From NCBI RefSeq assembly GCF_009914755.1, contig NC_060944.1: a stretch of DNA of 64,000 nt; one strand, written 5' to 3'. The DNA is from the human T2T-CHM13v2.0 reference genome, Homo sapiens. The position numbers were made by a program, and so were the translations under genes. Below the pieces are notes generated by a model. The model did not search any database, was not told the origin of the DNA, and saw nothing but the letters and a program-made list of their open reading frames with translations. The number at the start of each line of letters is the position of its first letter. Within the stretch, counting starts at the first letter, position 1. Positions 57,978 to 64,000 of the stretch are shown here, piece after piece.

Positions 57978-58136
57978 CTATTTATAGGAGCGCAGCGTCC
58001 GGCTGGGTTGGCTTATCGCGCAACCCGCGGGCTCCGAGAAAAGGGGGAGAAGGCGTCTGGTGACCCCATCTGAGCAGCTCTCTCCTGACGTTTAACGCAC
58101 CCCAAAGCAAGCGGGGCGCACAGCACTGGTGATTGG
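57978..58136 (-). promoter_or_regulatory. CBLN4: CBLN4 core/proximal promoter: TATA box (TATAAATA, 57986-57979), CRE-like TGACGT (58086-58091), CCAAT box (58131-58136)
   Basis: Isolated AT-rich TATA motif in GC-rich sequence, oriented toward CBLN4; GATTGG on plus = CCAATC on minus; GC boxes further upstream. Confidence 0.7.
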
Positions 58137-59439
58137 CAAGGTTCGAGGCCCCTCAGCCCCTGAAAGCCCGTGGCGTAAAGGATGCGTGCCCAGAGAGGAG
58201 CCCACGGCCCTGCGCTGGCCCCAGCTCCGCGCCCACTCTCTCCTGCTCGATCTGAGTCCGCAGAGGAGGCGGCTGGTCCCCTCACCCCTCCCAGCGCGGA
58301 ACTCTGCCGCCGAGTGCCCTCCAAGCGGAGCGCGGCGCTGCCAGGCCGGGTCGCGAAAAAGGATAAGCCGCCGCGGACCCGCGCTGCGCGCTGCCCCGAA
58401 CCTGGGGACCGGCGGGCGTCCCGACCGCGCCTGGCCGGGAGCCCGCCCCACACAGCCCTGGGGCCTGGCGAGCTCAGGGAAGCCTTGGGGCGGACCAGAG
58501 CCCGTGGGGGCGGCTGGGAGGAGGTGCCTGATTCCTTCCTTCCGCTCCGGGAAGATGAGCCTCAGAAGCCGCAGGGGCGCGCCTTCCCCCCACACCGCGA
58601 ATCCTCCCCAGGCATGGCCAAAAAAAAGAGTGGGAGAGGGAGTTAACTCAGCAAGAATAAGTCCTCCGAAACCGTGCCAACAACAATAAAAAAATAAAAA
58701 TAAAAATAAAAATAAAAGACAATCCCACTCCTAGGAATACAGCATTTTTCTCCCCTTTGGATGCGCTTTCCGCCCCCGTGCCACTCCACTGCTATCTTGG
58801 CCTCTGATTTGCAAGAGTTCCCTTCCTCTTCTGCAGCTACCACGGGGAAGGGAGGTTTGTCTCTGTCTGGACCCGGCTGCGTGAACTTGGCCGAGTCACT
58901 AACCCTCTCTGAGAGGGGGGCGCGGCGTTAACTAAGGTCCTCCCCACCCCCATCCCGCCAGCTTTCCAATTCTGTGATGCTGTGGGGTCATGGCGCCCCT
59001 TCCCCAATTTCTTCTACACTTCCAGCTGCCAGAGGGCAGACACGTATGGTATCTTTAACCAAAACAGTATCCCCTCCAGGCATTCGGAGCTCCTAAAATG
59101 GCATTGGCTAGTTATGAATGGAAGGGATGTTTATTGAGGGAGGTCCTTGGGATGGACGGCTCCCATTCCTTCCTGAGTGAAGGACGCCCTCATGAGCGTG
59201 GCATTCGAGCCCTCCACAAAACAAGGTGAACCTCGTCTCCAGCCTTTTTCCCTTCCTTCAGAAGGGCCGGGCATTGAGCTATAAGCACCAGCTCCAACTG
59301 TTAAAATTGAAGACACTACGAGGAATCCCCTAACCCTCACCTCCCTATAATCTCTCAACTAAAGTGTTAATACTTGGTGCCACAGGGGCCTTCAGATTCT
59401 GCTCCAGTGGGGCCAGTATCAGGTGTTTTGACTTTATGA

Positions 59440-59555
59440 TTTTATTTTACTTGTGGTGGGGGGTGGTCTCGCTATATTGCCCAGGCTAGATGCAAAACTA
59501 CTGGGCTCAAGCGATTCTACTACCTCAGCCTCCCCAGTAGCTGAGACTACAGGCC
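59440..59555 (-). mobile_element. Alu monomer fragment (FLAM/FRAM-like)
   Basis: GGTCTCGCTATATTGCCCAGGCT...CTCAGCCTCCCCAGTAGCTGAGACTACAGGC. Confidence 0.7.
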
Positions 59556-59944
59556 GGTGTCAGTTCCGGCTGGCAGGTGCTAGTACCATGCTATTTGTTA
59601 AAATGTTGAAAGTTACCTATCTAAGCTACAACCAAACAAGGTGAACTAGTGCCTTCTGAAGATGGCCACCATTTACCCAGCTTTGATGCCCCACCCTAAG
59701 CCCAGCACAATCTTCACCTGATCCCTCTCTGCACTTTGTAACTCTCTTCCAGATTTTAGGGATGTCTGCCTGGTTAACAGCAGCAATTTCTTCTCATTTG
59801 ATGCAGTCTTTTGAGGGTGGGTGCTGAGTTGAATTTAGTTCCTTTTATTTCCTGTAGGGGTAAGCACCCTGCCTTCCTTGTCTGGGACAGCTGTTCAATA
59901 ACTAGAACTTTGGTTGTTCAATTTCAGGCTGGGAGAAGTTTGAC

Positions 59945-59975
<31 letters not shown>

Positions 59976-61766
59976 GTGTTGAATTGTTAAATAGAAAATA
60001 AGCTATCTTCCTCACCAATTCCAATATATTCTCTCTACCTCCTTTTCTTCTCCAGGCACTTCCTGCACGCAAGAACTGAGATTTGAAGAAACCTATTCTT
60101 TCTCTCACCAAAAATATTCATTTTTAGTCCCAAAATCTGCATAGTGACCATAGTAAAGACTCAATAATTGAGAAATGACTGAATGCTTCCTAATAGAAGG
60201 TAATTATCACTCATATTATAGTATAAACTGCTTTAAATGAGTCTCTCTCAGTAAAATTTAAATTCAAAGCCTCCTTAATAATTGGGGATAAGGGTCTCGG
60301 TTCCTTACTAAAGGATGTTCTGCTCTTCAAAGTGTTCTGAAGATAAGGAACACAGCATTTTCTGTGGACCCCCGCTAAGAGAAGTTATCTTATATTGTGA
60401 ATCAGAGGGTCCTGACTCTTTTTCCCACAACAGTTGATTAAACACGGATAGCCCCTGGGTTCTAGGACCATCAATGCATTTGATACCAGAAGTCCAAGAT
60501 TTGTATGGTCCAACTTGGCCAGATGACTTGGGGCTGCCAGATTTTCTCTCTGCAATCTTAATGAGACATCAAAATAGCTTCCAGTAAGCACTACATGTGG
60601 CAGAGACAAGGTTTGTAGTCTCCCAAACTGACGTGGCCATGTAGGAGTCATCTGCAAGCTGAAGCAGAAGAGGTATTGGAATAAACCAGAGGACTGGCCA
60701 CACTTGTAGAAAGAAGCCAATTCTGGAGCATGAGCACTTCTAAGAAGTACAGGGAGTGAATAGTCAATCGCCAGTTCTGAACTCTTGCTTACAAGAGTTC
60801 CAGAAACATTTTCTCCTAACCTTGGGTTTCTTGGTATCCTCCTATGTCTTTGAAATAAAAACCCAATTCCCTTGAGCTAGTTTTAGTAACATACCGCTCC
60901 CTGTCATCCAGAATCCTCATTAGAACATTGTCCCAGAAACCATACCACAAAAGGCTATGGATCTCTTGCCAAAAGACTAACAAATCCAATCTCCTGCCTG
61001 TAGGAAATGCTTTTCCAACATTTTGGGAAAGGAGGCATCACCTGTTCCTCACCCCCTACTTCAGCCCCAGCATCCCCAGGAGAAAAGAAACAAGATCAAG
61101 TTTAAGTTTCTCTCCAACCACAGCATAGATCTGTTTTTCTTTTTCTTTTTCTTGTATTTTTCCAGTTGAAAATATGCTATTAGAAGACCTAGCAGTGACC
61201 CAAATATTTTCCCTTTCTGAGATTCCCATATTGTATTTGATGCCTAGGATTTTTTTTTTCTCCTAGACCTTTAGAGATGACGCAGAAATGCATTTCAGTT
61301 CTCTGCAGCTGGGCTTAACTTTAAAGTAAATTAGAATCTAAACTATCCTTGCATAGGAAAGCAATACTTCTGAGGTCAGTAAATTCAATGACTGCTTGTC
61401 CAGCCATCCTTTAGAGAAACCAAGTTTCAAGCAAGCCCAAGACAGTAAGGATCTATGAGCTATTTTCTGACTGTGAAGAAAATGTTTCTGAGAAGGCAAA
61501 GACAGACACACACAAGGTATTCAGCTCTAAGGGCCTCACTGTGGTTGAATGAAAGCAGACTCCATGCATCATGCAGCAGAGACAGCCGCAGGTCAGTCGT
61601 GCAGAAGATGGAAAATCGAGAGAGAGAGAGCAGTGAGGCTTGCATCATACCCAGACAAAGTTCCACTGAGTTGCTTAATTACCCTTTGCTCTTTATAATG
61701 ATAGTTATCAGCCCAAGCTAATGATCTTTTTTGAGGGAGAGTAAGTAGCTTAAGAAGAAAAAGTCT

Positions 61767-62380
61767 TGGTGGGACTGTAAACTAGTTCAACTATTGTGGA
61801 AGTCAGTGTGGCAATTCCTCAGGGATCTAGAACTAGAAATACCATTTGACCCAGCCATCCCATTACTGGGTATATACCCAAAGGATTATAAATCATGCTG
61901 CTATAAAGACACATGCACATGTATGTTTATTGCAGCACTATTCACAATAGCAAAGACTTGGAACCAACCCAAATGTCCATCAATGATAGACTGGATTAAG
62001 AAAATGTGGCACATATACACCATGGAATACTATGCAGCCATAAAAAAGGATGAGTTCATGTCCTTTGTAGGGACATGGATGAAGCTGGAAACCATCATTC
62101 TCAGCAAACTCTCTCAAGGACAGAAAACCAAACACCGCATGTTCTCACTCATAGCTGGGAATTGAACAATGAGAACACATGGACACAGGAAGGGGAACAT
62201 CACACACCAGGGACTGTTGTGGGGTGGGGGGAGGTTGGAGGGATAGCATTAGGAGATATACCTGTTAAATGACGAGTTAATGGGTGCAGCACACCAACAT
62301 GGCACATGTATACATATGTAACAAACCTGCGCGTTGTGCACATGTACCCTAAAACTTAAAGTATATTAGAAAAAAAGAAG
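61767..62380 (+). mobile_element. 5'-truncated L1PA (PA4/5-like): ORF2 C-terminus plus 3' UTR
   Basis: ORF 61794-62165 is the L1 ORF2p C-terminus (EIPFDPAIPLLGIYPKDYKSCCYKDTC...KTKHRMFSLI); TSD AAGAAGAAAAAGTCT (61752-61766 / 62381-62395). Confidence 0.95.
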
Positions 62381-63107
62381 AAGAAGAAAAAGTCTCCATG
62401 AACAACCAATATGTGAGAACTTACATAGTCTGGAAAGTTCCAGAGTCATGTTGAGTAAATCTTCATAGCTCCTTCTGGAGACAGCCAAATGACAGACTTG
62501 TTTCATATGAGGATGGTATTGTGGGAAAAAAATAGATGGATGCTGTAAAAAATACTTCTCAATTGGTTTTAGAATTTGAAAATTGTTTGGGACAGTTTTT
62601 CTAGATAGTTTATTCCACTCACCCCATTGGCAAATAAGGTACGTGTCTAAGACATCAGTGAGAAGTGAGACGTCTTGGTCATGGCTGCAGACAGGTTTTG
62701 ATGCCCCTTTTTGGCTTCCCATGATACCCTGAGCATGTTCCAGTCATTATATTTATCATAATGGTTTTAGTTGATTTATTGTTGTGTTTTCCCTGGACCA
62801 TTAACTCTTTGGGAGGACAGAATTTAGCAGAGAGTAGGTATGCATAAATAAAGTTTACTGAATAAAGTAACATCATTGCTTTTAGTTCTCATAAGGGAAA
62901 CAATATAACATTTAATCACTATGATCTAAGTATGATAGGAAAAGTAAAATTATTTCAGAAATGTTGGGGGCTTAAAACGTCAAGTCCACCTTAGTTACTA
63001 AGAATGGAAGCCCAGTGAGAAAAGGTTTTGTGGAAAGGGCCACATCTTGAAATGTGTTGAGTTGAACCTTGAGACTGTAGTAAAATCTTAGAAAGAACCT
63101 AAAAAAT

Positions 63108-63221
63108 TCTCTCTCTCTCTCTCTCCCTCCCTCCCTCTCCCTCTCTCTCTCCAGTCTCTCTCTCTCTCCCCGTCTCTCTCTTTCTCTCTCTCTCCCCCAT
63201 CTCTCTCTTTCTCTCTCCCCA

Positions 63222-63287
<66 letters not shown>

Positions 63288-63320
63288 TCTCTCTGTGTCC
63301 CTCCCTCTCTTCCCCTCTCC
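63108..63320. repeat. Long (CT)n-rich polypyrimidine tract
   Basis: About 210 bp nearly pure pyrimidine on the plus strand, including a long pure (CT)n run. Confidence 0.95.
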
Positions 63321-63782
63321 TGGGCACATCTTCATTATTCTTTGGCTCACTGCAATCTACCGTTCTCTGAGGCCCGCATGAGGGAAAATGGCAGCTGATA
63401 CTTCCAGATTTCACACATAACAAAGCCATCCACTCAGAGATGCCCCCAGATCCCCGAGAAGAGATGCACTGCAGCCATCTGCGTTCAGATGCCCAATCCC
63501 AAACCAATCAACTTGGCTGTAGAAACAGAATCATGCTGCACACGTGACTGATATCCCAGCAATGAGGTGTGTAGAAAATTGGGGCGGGGCATGGGAAAAG
63601 GAAAAATCCTAGAAAGCTAATATAAGCAATATGTGGCAAAGGGAAGAAGAACAAGAGGCAGACTAATTTGTGTTGTGTGATTCCAAGTTAATTCCCTGCA
63701 AGTGTGTACAGATATGTGTGTATTTCAATACACAGAGAATACAAGTTGGCAACAACTTGTCAAATTTAAAGGAATTGAATAG

Positions 63783-64000
<218 letters not shown>

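Noticed and set aside
61794-62165. 123-aa ORF with strong protein-like sequence
   Set aside because: C-terminal fragment of L1 ORF2p in a 5'-truncated L1 with no promoter and no true ATG start.
63088-63507. ER-repeat ORFs (also HT/SL-repeat ORF at 30775-31068)
   Set aside because: Translations of dinucleotide microsatellites.

Overview
Human-type (primate) genomic DNA, about half interspersed repeats. The only supportable protein-coding gene is CBLN4 (cerebellin-4 precursor, a secreted C1q-domain synaptic organiser) on the minus strand. It has three coding exons (57148-56858, 53824-53708, 51731-51534) that join in phase 0 into 201 aa. Its promoter is a CpG island with a TATA box near 57980, followed by an ~800-nt uORF-rich leader, and the ~1.1-kb 3' UTR ends near 50410. 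The ~50 kb downstream of the gene is a gene-poor stretch of Alu, L1, L2/MIR, MaLR/ERV LTRs and DNA-transposon MITEs, plus a 650-bp alternating purine/pyrimidine array. I see no evidence of a new multi-gene system, and nearly all other ORFs in the track are repeat- or GC-derived artefacts. The best leads are regulatory and mechanistic. Regulatory: a REST/RE1-like site inside the signal-peptide codons, a TATA box that is also a perfect MEF2 site, five uATGs, miR-124/miR-92/Pumilio sites and candidate homeodomain-rich enhancers. Mechanistic: a tail-less 3'-truncated Alu with a 16-bp TSD, a twin-primed L1, a THE1 nested in a THE1, a rearranged MER85, two ~88-89% identical short local duplications, and several fold-back/template-switch palindrome clusters. 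Repeat subfamily names are from recall of consensus sequences, not from a RepeatMasker run.
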